From Candidatus Falkowbacteria bacterium HGW-Falkowbacteria-2 (lineage in GTDB: Bacteria > Patescibacteriota > Patescibacteriia > Patescibacteriales > UBA12465): a DNA stretch of 34,257 nt. Numbering within the stretch: the first letter of the stretch is position 1; each line of letters begins with the position of its first letter. A program made the translations under genes and the position numbers. A model generated the notes under the pieces. The model saw nothing but the letters and a program-made list of their open reading frames with translations. It was not told the origin of the DNA and ran no database searches. Below are positions 14,781-23,701 of the stretch, one piece after another. The DNA is taken from assembly GCA_002841655.1 (NCBI GenBank), contig PHAH01000001.1:1-34257 (forward strand). Reading direction: 5' to 3'.

Positions 14781-14812
14781 AAGCCTTTCATTTTTTGAAA
14801 GGCTTTTCTTTT
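14781..14812. terminator. bidirectional hairpin terminator
   Basis: AAGCCTTTCA (14781-14790) / TGAAAGGCTT (14796-14805). T-rich on the + side. On the minus side it directly follows the stop of 14811..15473. Confidence 0.65.
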
Positions 14813-15473
14813 ACTCCGCTAGCTGCAGTGGTATCTCTCCGCGCCACAACTTCCCTTCTTTACGCGCAAAGAATATTAATTTTTTTTCATCCGGTGTGAG
14901 TTTGAGATCATAGATGCGCTCATAGGCTTGACTCTCTTGTCCGTTGATAACAATCATATCACCCCTGCCATCGCGCGCCTTATACACAAAAGCCTTGCTA
15001 TCTTTAGTAAACAAGCGTGGCTCAAAAATCCAATCATACTCTTTTCCAGGAATGCCGTTAATTACCGCCACCTGCTTATACTCCCTGCTAGCGGTATAGG
15101 CGAAGCTTTTTCCATCCGGAGAATAGCCCATGTAGTTGATACTATCGAATTTCGGTCCGGCTACACCGTTATATACCACCCTCACGCCGTCAGTCTTAGT
15201 CACGTAAGCATAGCTTAAACCATCGGGCGAACCCATAACGGAGACGTCGTCGTAGCTCTTAGGTTCTGGTAGGTCGGCGACTACCACCTCCGATATATCC
15301 TCACTCGTTGAAAGTGCTGGCAGTGAGTTAGTGTTCTGAGGAGTCAGCGGTGACCAAGTTTTCTGACGAGAAACGAGAAAGAGCAAAGAGACGGTGATAA
15401 TAAAAAGAATCAGTATCGCCCACGCCAGACGTCGCTGATTCAAGTTTATCCTTAATTCTTTTTTGTGAGCCAT
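14811..15473 (-). CDS. membrane-anchored repeat protein (PD40/WG-like beta-propeller repeats)
   Basis: N-terminal TM segment followed by repeated SPDG.S.AY...G..VV.NG..G..YD-type units. Confidence 0.6.
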   Translation of the reverse strand: MAHKKELRINLNQRRLAWAILILFIITVSLLFLVSRQKTWSPLTPQNTNSLPALSTSEDISEVVVADLPEPKSYDDVSVMGSPDGLSYAYVTKTDGVRVVYNGVAGPKFDSINYMGYSPDGKSFAYTASREYKQVAVINGIPGKEYDWIFEPRLFTKDSKAFVYKARDGRGDMIVINGQESQAYERIYDLKLTPDEKKLIFFARKEGKLWRGEIPLQLAE

Positions 15474-15510
15474 ATGATTATTCTATATGCGCTCATTATA
15501 TCAAATCGTT

Positions 15511-15975
15511 TCAATAATGATAATCTTTGCCGGCGTTAATTAATAATCCACGATAGATTTGTTCAAGTAAAACCACGCGTGCGAGCTCGTGTGGGAAGGT
15601 TAGAGTCGATAAAGATATACATTTATATCGTTTTCGGAATTCTTCTTCCCAGCCTAAAGCGCCACCGATTACCAAAACTAAATCACGGCCATCATATTCG
15701 TTTAGAAAGCTCGCAAAAGAGGGAGAGTCAAAAACATTGCCCTTTTCGGCCAATAGAAATATATCAGCTTTTGGTAGCTTGTGCACAACTTTTTCGATTA
15801 CTTCATTTTCCTGCCTTTTCGAACGATTCTTGTCATTCTTCCCAAACGGAGAAGCACTCGTTTCAATGAGCTTGAAACGAGCATAGGGAGCGATGCGTTT
15901 TTCATAATCAGCTGCCAAAGTTTGCAAAGCCTTATTTTTCAAGGCGCCGACAGCGATGAGGGTAATGTTGTTCAT
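15511..15975 (-). CDS. rlmH: 23S rRNA (pseudouridine1915-N3)-methyltransferase RlmH (SPOUT)
   Basis: LVIGGALGW...FPHELARVVLLEQIYRG is the characteristic C-terminus. The ATG at 15975 (MNNITLIAVG) is preferred over the track start at 15999. Confidence 0.85.
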   Translation of the reverse strand: MNNITLIAVGALKNKALQTLAADYEKRIAPYARFKLIETSASPFGKNDKNRSKRQENEVIEKVVHKLPKADIFLLAEKGNVFDSPSFASFLNEYDGRDLVLVIGGALGWEEEFRKRYKCISLSTLTFPHELARVVLLEQIYRGLLINAGKDYHY

Positions 15976-16087
15976 AAAGATATTATAGCAGAAGCGCAAA
16001 AAAATATTTAGGTCAAGACCTCGGCATCGTTTGACAAAATATAAATTTTGTATTTAAATATACATGAGGTAACCAAAACAGAGAACC

Positions 16088-16381
16088 ATGAAAACAAAAA
16101 ACCGTTTCACCGAAATCCAGGACATTTTTACCAAGTATGAAAACAGAATGAGCGATCTACCCGACGAGAACGAGTGTCAGATTATACTCCTCGAACTTGT
16201 GAAAGCAGCCACAAGTATTAAGCCGAAAGAAACCGGTCTGGCCAGCAAATTTGAATCAGATTGGTTCAACTTCCGTGACAAAATCAAAGATTTTTCCGAC
16301 TGTCGCATCTATCTAGATGCTAAAAAAGAAATTGAGAAACACTTATCTGCCATTCTTGAACCTGATAGTGTTAACTCCTAA
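16088..16381 (+). CDS. hypothetical protein (97 aa)
   Basis: ATG start, TTGACA promoter about 55 nt upstream, own terminator. No motif recognised. Confidence 0.6.
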   Translation: MKTKNRFTEIQDIFTKYENRMSDLPDENECQIILLELVKAATSIKPKETGLASKFESDWFNFRDKIKDFSDCRIYLDAKKEIEKHLSAILEPDSVNS

Positions 16382-16393
16382 AAGACTCTCTCC

Positions 16394-16421
16394 AAGGCCC
16401 CGAACAACAGGGGCTTTTTTC
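16394..16421 (+). terminator. intrinsic terminator of 16088..16381
   Basis: GCCCC (16397-16401) / GGGGC (16410-16414) followed by T6. Confidence 0.7.
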
Positions 16422-16478
16422 TTAATAAAATGTAACATTTTCTATATTTTTTCGTATACTATAGCAGAGAGAAAACAT

Positions 16479-16604
16479 ATGCAATTTAATCACATGTTAC
16501 AGCTGAAGAACACAAATTGCCCGGTCATCATTGATCGCGGTTATTTTGTCGTTTCTGCCCGTTCTGGGCCAGTTGGCATGTTTAGCATTATGATTGCGCC
16601 CTAA
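16479..16604 (+). CDS. candidate 41-aa small ORF
   Basis: MQFNHMLQLKNTNCPVIIDRGYFVVSARSGPVGMFSIMIAP. TATACT -10 at 16455-16460 and a strong terminator at 16641. It is the 3' part of track ORF 16317..16604. Confidence 0.3.
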   Translation: MQFNHMLQLKNTNCPVIIDRGYFVVSARSGPVGMFSIMIAP

Positions 16605-16640
16605 AAGGGCTCTCTAATATAATCAAAGGACACTAGCCAA

Positions 16641-16675
16641 TCTCGGCCCTACGGAATCAGGGTCGAGATTTTTTT
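16641..16675 (+). terminator. strong intrinsic terminator
   Basis: 10-bp stem TCTCGGCCCT (16641-16650) / AGGGTCGAGA (16659-16668), loop ACGGAATC, then T7. Confidence 0.8.
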
Positions 16676-16724
16676 GTTAAATGTCTTATCGTTCTTTTCA
16701 AATGTGAAACCAAAACCAAACTAT

Positions 16725-17900
16725 ATGAAAACAACAATCGTCCGCACCTACACTTTGATGGCCTTTTTATTAAGGTTCGCGCCAGCTTTCTTTTTTGCAA
16801 CCTATCAGCTCTTCCTCACCGAGCATGGCATGAGTATTTTCCAAATCAGTCTCATTAACGGCGCCTACATGCTAAGCGTCTTTATCCTTGAAGTGCCCAC
16901 TGGCGCTTTCGCCGATAGTTTTGGTCGGAAGCAATCAATTGTCTGGGGCTGTATTATCTTAGGTCTTTCCTTTCTCATCTACTTCACGTCTGATAGTTTC
17001 GGTGGTTTCATCATTGCTGAAATCGTTGGGGCTTTAGGATCTACTCTCATTTCTGGAGCTTTAGATGCCTGGGCCGTTGATTCTTTAGCCGCTGCTAATA
17101 TTGATACTCCTCTAGAAGCTCTTTTCAAACGGGAGGAAGGATATAAGCAAGCTGGTGTAATTAGTGGTAGCTTAATTGGCTCCTTCATCGGCTCAGTCAA
17201 TTTAAGTCTTCCCTGGCTAATCAGTGGAGCTCTAATGTTGGCTTCCGCCATTTGTGCCCATCGACTCATGATTGAGACCAGGCAAAGAGAAAGCGTCTTC
17301 AAGTTCAGTTTAGCCCCACTTCTCCACACAGCTCGGGACAGCTGGATTTCCAGTCGCTCCAACCCCGCTTTTCTTCGCCTCGCCGGTGTTGGTGCCATCT
17401 TGATGATGAGCGTGCAATCACTGAATATGCAGTGGCCGCTTTTGTTCCGTACAGGCTTTAATCTGCCTGTTTGGTCCCTCGGGGTTATCTTTGCCGGCAT
17501 TGCGACCACAACGGCGTTAGGAGCCCGTTTTGCGCCTCTCACGGCTCGTAAAACAAGACATGGGGGTCAAGGATTAGCGATTGCTTTCTTCATCATTGGC
17601 ATCACCATGATTCTCAGTGGACAAGCCTCATTTGTCGCTCCGGCTTTAACCTATTTTCTGCTTCATGAATTCGGTCGTGGTTTATTCGGACCCTTAAAAA
17701 AGGCCATGATTAATCGCCGTATTGATGGTCAAAATCGAGCGACCATGCTCTCACTTGATGCTATGGCCCTCTCGGCTGGCGCCTTTGTTGGATTAATTGG
17801 TGGGGGTTGGCTAGGTACACATTCCATCGCTCTTGCTTGGTCGGGCTCCGGGATTCTCTTACTTGCGGTCGTTCCCCTGCTCTACCGCAAAGCCGTATAA
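16725..17900 (+). CDS. MFS transporter
   Basis: About 12 hydrophobic helices and an FADSFGRKQS loop motif (D-x-x-G-R-K). ATG at 16725; the track start at 16674 is a TTG inside the terminator tail. Confidence 0.8.
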   Translation: MKTTIVRTYTLMAFLLRFAPAFFFATYQLFLTEHGMSIFQISLINGAYMLSVFILEVPTGAFADSFGRKQSIVWGCIILGLSFLIYFTSDSFGGFIIAEIVGALGSTLISGALDAWAVDSLAAANIDTPLEALFKREEGYKQAGVISGSLIGSFIGSVNLSLPWLISGALMLASAICAHRLMIETRQRESVFKFSLAPLLHTARDSWISSRSNPAFLRLAGVGAILMMSVQSLNMQWPLLFRTGFNLPVWSLGVIFAGIATTTALGARFAPLTARKTRHGGQGLAIAFFIIGITMILSGQASFVAPALTYFLLHEFGRGLFGPLKKAMINRRIDGQNRATMLSLDAMALSAGAFVGLIGGGWLGTHSIALAWSGSGILLLAVVPLLYRKAV

Positions 17901-17980
17901 CAAAAAGGAAGTCTTCTGACTTCCTTTTAATATACATCGCAATTTAAATACAGAATTAATAAATGTTGAATCCCCTTCAA

Positions 17981-18505
17981 CTATCCCCTCAACTTTGAAA
18001 CAGTGAGAGCGCCGACAAACAGAAAAAAGCCAGAGAGAACAATACTAGCGCCAGCTGGCAGACTGAAGACAAGGGCGGCCGCTAAACCAATCCAGACAGC
18101 AAATAGAGCAAAAATACCTGAACCAAATAAGGCTTCTTTAAAGTTGCGAGCATTCTGCAAAGAAGCAGCGGCTGGCAGAATCAAGAGGGCGGAAACGAGC
18201 ATGACACCGACAGCGGACACGATACCAATAGCGGCGTCGCCATACAACTTCGAACGAGAACCGAGTTTGAAAACGAAGAACGCGGCAACCACGGTTAGTG
18301 GAACCGAAATATAGAAAGGGTATAAACCAAATAATAGTCCAAGAGCTACCCCACCGAAACTTACGTGCGCTAGACCGTCTCCAATTAAGGAGAGTTTTCT
18401 CAACACTAAAAATACTCCCAAGACCCCAGCCAAAACCGCCGCCAAGGAACCGGCGATGAGGGCACGAATCAAAAAATCATATTCAAAAAAGTTTAGGAGC
18501 TCCAT
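17981..18505 (-). CDS. znuB: metal ABC transporter permease (ABC-3/ZnuB-like), unusually short
   Basis: RKLSLIGDGLAHVSFGGVALG and LLILPAAASL match ZnuB/MntB-type permeases. It is only 174 aa against roughly 260-290 aa for typical members. Confidence 0.7.
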   Translation of the reverse strand: MELLNFFEYDFLIRALIAGSLAAVLAGVLGVFLVLRKLSLIGDGLAHVSFGGVALGLLFGLYPFYISVPLTVVAAFFVFKLGSRSKLYGDAAIGIVSAVGVMLVSALLILPAAASLQNARNFKEALFGSGIFALFAVWIGLAAALVFSLPAGASIVLSGFFLFVGALTVSKLRG

Positions 18506-18508
18506 AGA

Positions 18509-19243
18509 TTAGTGATGATGCTGATGACAAATTAAATGCTGCGCAAAGTCGCCAAAATAATCTTGCATCGCGGGTGAATGACAAAAATCAGCAAATGGTC
18601 CAAAGAATATCAATTTCTCATCGAGATATAATAAGGAGCGGGCGTAGCGCCCGATATCAGCCGTGTCATGCGTTACCATCAATATCGCCATGTTTTTTTC
18701 CCTGTTTGCCTTCTCTAACATCGCAAAAAACTTTTCCCGCACCACTGGATCAAGAGCGGTAGTCGGTTCATCTAGGATAAGTAGCTGTGGCTCGCGAATT
18801 AAAGCCCGGGCTAACAGCACTCGCTGCTGTTGTCCGCCAGAAAGACGAGTAAATAACCTGCTTTCTTTCTCTTCAATTGCTAATTCTTTTAGAATCGCTC
18901 TCGCCTTAGCTTTAGCCTCACCTCTCTTCCCGTTTACCAAACCACTAGCGACCACCTCTAAAACGCTCGCGGGAAACAAGGGGTTGTGTTGTCTTTCTTG
19001 AGGTAAATAGGCAATTTTATCCCACTGCGTGAAACTGGATAAATCCTGACCGAACAGTTCTATTTTCCCGGTCGATATTGGGGCTAGATTAAGTAGAGCC
19101 TTAACCAAACTTGTCTTCCCGGCTCCGTTTGGTCCCGCTAAGCCAATATAATCACCTTCATTTATAACAAAAGACACGCCCGCCACTGCTGGGCGTTCGC
19201 TATAGGCGACACTAAGGTTGTCCACTTTGATAATTACTGACAT
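18509..19243 (-). CDS. znuC: metal ABC transporter ATP-binding protein (ZnuC-like)
   Basis: Walker A GPNGAGKTS, signature LSGGQQQR, Walker B LLILDEP, and a Cys/His-rich tail ...CHSP...ICHQHHH. Confidence 0.85.
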   Translation of the reverse strand: MSVIIKVDNLSVAYSERPAVAGVSFVINEGDYIGLAGPNGAGKTSLVKALLNLAPISTGKIELFGQDLSSFTQWDKIAYLPQERQHNPLFPASVLEVVASGLVNGKRGEAKAKARAILKELAIEEKESRLFTRLSGGQQQRVLLARALIREPQLLILDEPTTALDPVVREKFFAMLEKANREKNMAILMVTHDTADIGRYARSLLYLDEKLIFFGPFADFCHSPAMQDYFGDFAQHLICHQHHH

Positions 19244-20190
19244 TTTAAGCCTAATTTTAATTTCTCTAAATTCTCCCTCATAATACGTTCATAAGTCAAG
19301 CCCGCCCGCAAATCTTCGCGCGAAAGATTATGGGCGGAGTTTAGGGTAAGAATGGAAACATTTGCCTCAGAAGCTAAGGCTTCGGCTAAATTACGACTAT
19401 CAGTCGCCTCCGTAAAGACATATTCGGCTTGCTTCTCCCGCAACAGGTTGGTTAGCTCAATCAAACGATTAGGGTTGCTTTCAGCATCAGGCGAGAAACC
19501 TTGAGCGGCTTCATGCTGCAGGCCATAGCGATCAGCTAAATAGCCGAAGGCAAAATGACCGGCGTATATTAAATCCTTCAGTTCGCACGAACTAAGCCCC
19601 TCGCGATAGTCACTATCCAGTGCCGCCAGACGTGCCGTATAATCTTCGGCGCGGGAATTATAGTATTCGGTATTTTCGGAATCGACCTCACCTAGTTTTT
19701 GAGCTAAGCGATCAGCGGCTTTAGACATAATTACCGGATCTAACCAGATGTGCGGATCAACGCCATGGCCCTCCTCTTCCTCATCAGCTTCTTCCCCCTC
19801 ATGCTCATCATCATCTTCAAGGGTAGCATAACCCTCTCCCAGGGCGCTTGAAGACGGTGCGCCATTCCCAAGGCTGCTGATAATATCACTGGCCCATGGT
19901 TCGAGATAATCGCCAGTATAGACGAATAAGCTAGCACCACCAATGTTAATCATGTCGTTTGGTGTTGGTTCAAAGGAATGAGCCTCAACCCCTGGTGGTA
20001 ATGGCAGACTGACGCCAACCTTTGCACCGCCGATTTCACGCGCCAAGTCATACCAAGGAAAAAGACTGGCAACAACATATATTTTATCATCATCCTCTTT
20101 CGGTTTACCCTCCCATGAAGAAGTGACCGCCCAGACGGCTGCTAAGATTAATAGTACAAATACCCCTAAATAAATATATTTTTTCCTCAT
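19234..20190 (-). CDS. znuA: metal ABC transporter substrate-binding protein (cluster-9 ZnuA/TroA-like)
   Basis: N-terminal anchor, an acidic/His loop DDDEHEGEEADEEEEGHGVDPHIWLDP, and DPHIW motifs. It overlaps znuC by 10 nt. Confidence 0.8.
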   Translation of the reverse strand: MRKKYIYLGVFVLLILAAVWAVTSSWEGKPKEDDDKIYVVASLFPWYDLAREIGGAKVGVSLPLPPGVEAHSFEPTPNDMINIGGASLFVYTGDYLEPWASDIISSLGNGAPSSSALGEGYATLEDDDEHEGEEADEEEEGHGVDPHIWLDPVIMSKAADRLAQKLGEVDSENTEYYNSRAEDYTARLAALDSDYREGLSSCELKDLIYAGHFAFGYLADRYGLQHEAAQGFSPDAESNPNRLIELTNLLREKQAEYVFTEATDSRNLAEALASEANVSILTLNSAHNLSREDLRAGLTYERIMRENLEKLKLGLKCQ

Positions 20191-20208
20191 ATTATTTCAT
20201 TTGAATAA

Positions 20209-21309
20209 TTATTCAAACCGGAACAAAATTATTTCTCCTTGCCCAAGCGTCCTAAGAGGTGGTCCCCAAGTGCCAGTGCCCGCACTGGTATATGTCAACA
20301 TTTCTTTATATGTTTCCAGGCCATAGGAGAAGCGTCCATACATCAGCCAGGTCATAAAGGAGATTGGAAATATTTGACCACGGTGGGTATGTCCGGATAA
20401 CATTAGCTTTGCTCCCAAATCACTAGCTTCCGCCTGATCGACCGGAACGTGATTTAAAACTATTCGGGGCAAATCCGCTTCTTCACGTATATTTTCGATA
20501 TCTCGGCGCAAATCACTATGATCTCTCGCTAAATAATTAAATCCAATTACTTCGATATTTTCCACTACAGTCGCTTCGTCCGAAAGCAGAATCATATCAC
20601 CTTCCTCCACCAGTCTTTCCATCTCGCCGTCGTAGACATAATAGTCGTGGTTACCGGGGGTAAAGATGAGCGGCGCTTCAAAGCTCTGGAGGGCCGGTAC
20701 AAATTCACTGAGCTGCCTATCACTGCCATCAATTAAATCGCCACTGATCACGGTGAAGTCAGGCTCTAGTTCATTGACTATGTTAGCAACTCTAACAAGC
20801 CAGGCCGGTCGATATACGGAACCAATGTGTAAGTCGGAAAGTTGCACGAAGCTTTTACCTGATAATTCTGCTGGCCAACCACTCAAGGTGATTGTTTTCA
20901 CTCTTGGATTATAGGCATTATATGTGCCCAGAATAAACAGAGCAACGGCCAGTGAGAAGGTTATAATCGCAATTAATCGCTGCTTATCTAACAACTTTTC
21001 CTGATATTTCGACCTAACCTTTTTTATAATCGCAAACACCAACCAATATATTGCCCCTAGGAGCATTAGCTGAGTCAGCAAACCAAACATCGTCGCGCTA
21101 ATCGTATAGAGAGCATGGATGAGATTACCACCCTCACCGCGCATGATGATAAATACTGATAAGAAAAAGACCGAGATGACAATAAAAAAGGCGAGAAGCC
21201 AACCTTTATATCTCACTAGGCGCGGAAAGGCTTGTAATACGAGCTTCCAAGCAAAATAATGCCCTAATATTACCAATGATAGAAACACTAAAAATGATAA
21301 AATCATCAT
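20209..21309 (-). CDS. membrane-anchored metallophosphoesterase (calcineurin-like)
   Basis: 4-5 N-terminal TM segments, then the motifs LSDLHIG, GDLIDG, GNHDY and GHTHRGQ. ATG at 21309; the track start at 21333 is a TTG. Confidence 0.8.
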   Translation of the reverse strand: MMILSFLVFLSLVILGHYFAWKLVLQAFPRLVRYKGWLLAFFIVISVFFLSVFIIMRGEGGNLIHALYTISATMFGLLTQLMLLGAIYWLVFAIIKKVRSKYQEKLLDKQRLIAIITFSLAVALFILGTYNAYNPRVKTITLSGWPAELSGKSFVQLSDLHIGSVYRPAWLVRVANIVNELEPDFTVISGDLIDGSDRQLSEFVPALQSFEAPLIFTPGNHDYYVYDGEMERLVEEGDMILLSDEATVVENIEVIGFNYLARDHSDLRRDIENIREEADLPRIVLNHVPVDQAEASDLGAKLMLSGHTHRGQIFPISFMTWLMYGRFSYGLETYKEMLTYTSAGTGTWGPPLRTLGQGEIILFRFE

Positions 21310-21408
21310 ATATTTTAAAATAAGATATAACAATATTAGCAGAAAATCTGCTTTTTGGGAAATGAAAAACGGCTCTTTTAAAAAGGCCGTTTTCGGTAGA
21401 TTTAAAAT

Positions 21409-22941
21409 TTACAGAACGTTTGCAGCCAGCTCAGCGAGCTGACTTCTAACGCTTTGATTTAACGTTTGCACATGCACAATCGGATAATTGCGCATTTTGG
21501 CAATAGCATGAGCTAGCCCCGATGATTCTCTCGAAATTCTCGGGTTATCGATTTGCGATAGGTCGCCAGTAAGGATGACTTTAGTGCCGCTCCCTGCTCT
21601 AGTGATAATCGTTTTGATTTTTGCCCGATTAAGATTTTGTGCCTCTTCAACAATGACAAGTGCTCGCCGTGGGGTAGTTCCCCGGATGTGCTGAATTGAC
21701 TGAAAATAGATTTTTAGATTTTCAAGCAATTTCATCCCTTCATTGCCAACAGTAACAATTCCGTTACCCGGCGATGATTGAGTTGCTGTCTGCTTTCCGT
21801 CTTTTTTCCTATTTGTCGAGCGAGTGTTAATAAGACTAATATTCTGAAATATAGGAACCATCCAGTGAGATGCTTTGTTATTCATATCTCCGGCTTGATA
21901 ACCCATATCTTCATCGGGTGGACCAACAACCGAGCGGACAATAATGATTTGATCATATCTGCCCTGGGCTATGCCCTCAATTCCTGCTAACAAGGCTATC
22001 AGAGTCTTGCCCGTACCAGCTCCGCCTTGCAAGATTACTAAGTCTTTTTTAGGATCAAGAACATAATGCACCGCAATAATCTGCTCCCAATTAGTCGTGC
22101 CTTTTTTTGATAAAGGCTTGATGCCAAGAATATTGAAAGTGTTCTTTAAGAAGATAAGTCTATCACCCTCAGGGACTGCCGCAAATTGAGGTTTCTTATA
22201 CCCGTCCTCTTCAGTGAGTATCAAGACAGCGTCATTTTTAGGTAATTTATCCCTACTCTTAATCAGATAATAACTCTGCTCAGTTTCTTTATCGAACAAG
22301 ATATCAGCAGACTTAATCTTGAATTTCTTCAATTGCATCTGATTTTTAGGTAGCTTCACTTGATCACTTTTATAGGGCTCAACAATCAAACTTGAATCCA
22401 GACCGACTTCCTTTGCAAAGATTTGCATGTTGATGTCGTTAGTAATCAGCTTTATTTTGTCGTAGCCCATATAAGGGCTGTTGGCCAACTTACGGTTTAG
22501 TAAGACATAATTAACCGTGGCTAAAATGCGGTGATCAGCGATTGTCATATCGAGATATTTCAGCTTTCGCTGTTCTTTCTCAATTATTAGATTACCCTTA
22601 TTTGCCGTCTGAAGCGCATGAATAGCTTTTATGGCTCTTTGTGCTTCCTCGCTGGTATCGTACTTTTTTTTTAATCCGTCTAACTCAATTAATACTTGAT
22701 AAGGGATCACCAATAGATTACCTCCTTTCTGTAAGTCTGGAATCGCCCGATCAACTGATTCAATTAGGACATTAGTGTCCACAATAATTACATTTTTCCC
22801 GCGACGGGACTCCACCTCCTTAAATGACAGAGACTGGCCTGGTTTAGCTGACAACTGCACCTGTTTATTGGCTACGACCTTAGTTTTGAGGTTTACCTTC
22901 TTGGGTGGCAATTGTTTTGCCTTCTGCTGATTTTGATACAT
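21409..22941 (-). CDS. PIN-domain + PhoH-like ATPase (PhoH2/YlaK type)
   Basis: VIIVDTNVLIES (PIN) is followed by Walker A GGAGTGKT and a PhoH-type C-terminal half. The first ~50 aa form a basic N-terminal extension. Confidence 0.8.
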   Translation of the reverse strand: MYQNQQKAKQLPPKKVNLKTKVVANKQVQLSAKPGQSLSFKEVESRRGKNVIIVDTNVLIESVDRAIPDLQKGGNLLVIPYQVLIELDGLKKKYDTSEEAQRAIKAIHALQTANKGNLIIEKEQRKLKYLDMTIADHRILATVNYVLLNRKLANSPYMGYDKIKLITNDINMQIFAKEVGLDSSLIVEPYKSDQVKLPKNQMQLKKFKIKSADILFDKETEQSYYLIKSRDKLPKNDAVLILTEEDGYKKPQFAAVPEGDRLIFLKNTFNILGIKPLSKKGTTNWEQIIAVHYVLDPKKDLVILQGGAGTGKTLIALLAGIEGIAQGRYDQIIIVRSVVGPPDEDMGYQAGDMNNKASHWMVPIFQNISLINTRSTNRKKDGKQTATQSSPGNGIVTVGNEGMKLLENLKIYFQSIQHIRGTTPRRALVIVEEAQNLNRAKIKTIITRAGSGTKVILTGDLSQIDNPRISRESSGLAHAIAKMRNYPIVHVQTLNQSVRSQLAELAANVL

Positions 22942-23118
22942 TGCTTGGGGGGTATTAGTGGATGTTGTTAATTAACTAGTTGCACTTTAATCTTATTGCA
23001 CTCAACCCTAAACTGTCAAGAAGAAAATCTTATCCACATACAATTGGAAATAAGGCAATATTTACAGGAACCAGATGGTATACTATAATATATTATCGTG
23101 TGACTATAGTACCCTAAA

Positions 23119-23655
23119 ATGAAAAACGCCATGAAAAAGCCCACCAAATTAAGGCTATTTATGGCGATTGCCGGTAGCCTTATCTTTTTGATAATCGCTC
23201 TGCTCAAACTTGAGAATCTAGGAATGATAACAATTCCAGATATTGTGAGCGTCCGCCTTTACCGGCAGGATCAATTCTCCCTCGGGGCTCCTGAGTATTT
23301 CAGTTTGCCTCGTTCCTATTCCAGACTATGGGATATAACCATGCTGCCGATATTTATCGGCTTGCTCCTATGGTCTTGGCGTCATGCTGCCAAAGAGTCT
23401 AACCTCAGAATACTAATATTTGAGGCGCTCATAATCATGATCGCAGCTTACTGCATAACATCAAACATGGTGGCATTAAGCTTTGCACTTGTCTTTGCCA
23501 CTATTAGTGGCTTCATCTTCGGTGACTGGACCGCAATTTTCCTCTCAATCGGAATTGGTTTCGTCGCTGGTATTGTTTCCTTCGGCCTGTTATTCGGCTT
23601 AGTAATAAGTGCTATATCTTTTAGCATCTTCCTAGGACTGAAGCGCATCTTCTAA
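23119..23655 (+). CDS. multi-pass membrane protein, hypothetical
   Basis: 178 aa, ATG start, about 5 hydrophobic helices, TTACAG/TATAAT promoter upstream. Confidence 0.65.
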   Translation: MKNAMKKPTKLRLFMAIAGSLIFLIIALLKLENLGMITIPDIVSVRLYRQDQFSLGAPEYFSLPRSYSRLWDITMLPIFIGLLLWSWRHAAKESNLRILIFEALIIMIAAYCITSNMVALSFALVFATISGFIFGDWTAIFLSIGIGFVAGIVSFGLLFGLVISAISFSIFLGLKRIF

Positions 23656-23690
23656 AAAAGCCCGCTATTTAAAGCGGGCTTTATTCTTTT
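23654..23690. terminator. bidirectional intrinsic terminator
   Basis: AGCCCGCT (23659-23666) / AGCGGGCT (23673-23680), flanked by an A-run and a T-run between convergent genes. Confidence 0.75.
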
Positions 23691-23701
23691 CCTAAGACTT
23701 T

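Noticed and set aside
13619-15218. Plus-strand ORFs inside the AlkD-like and repeat-protein genes (13619..13921, 13768..14013, 14101..14304, 14928..15218), plus similar antisense ORFs in the rlmH, ATPase, ABC-F, PhoH2, YceI and Nramp-like genes.
   Set aside because: Each is antisense to a gene with recognisable family motifs, and none has independent support.
16317-16604. 95-aa ORF taken as a whole.
   Set aside because: It begins inside the preceding gene and reads through that gene's terminator (16394-16421) and an AT-rich promoter region. Only the 3' 41-codon part starting at ATG 16479 is plausible.
16979-19001. Antisense ORFs 16979..17542, 18003..18314, 18574..18762 and 18663..19001.
   Set aside because: They lie opposite well-supported MFS, ZnuB-like and ZnuC-like genes. 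Their translations are Arg/Pro/Ser-rich antisense artefacts.
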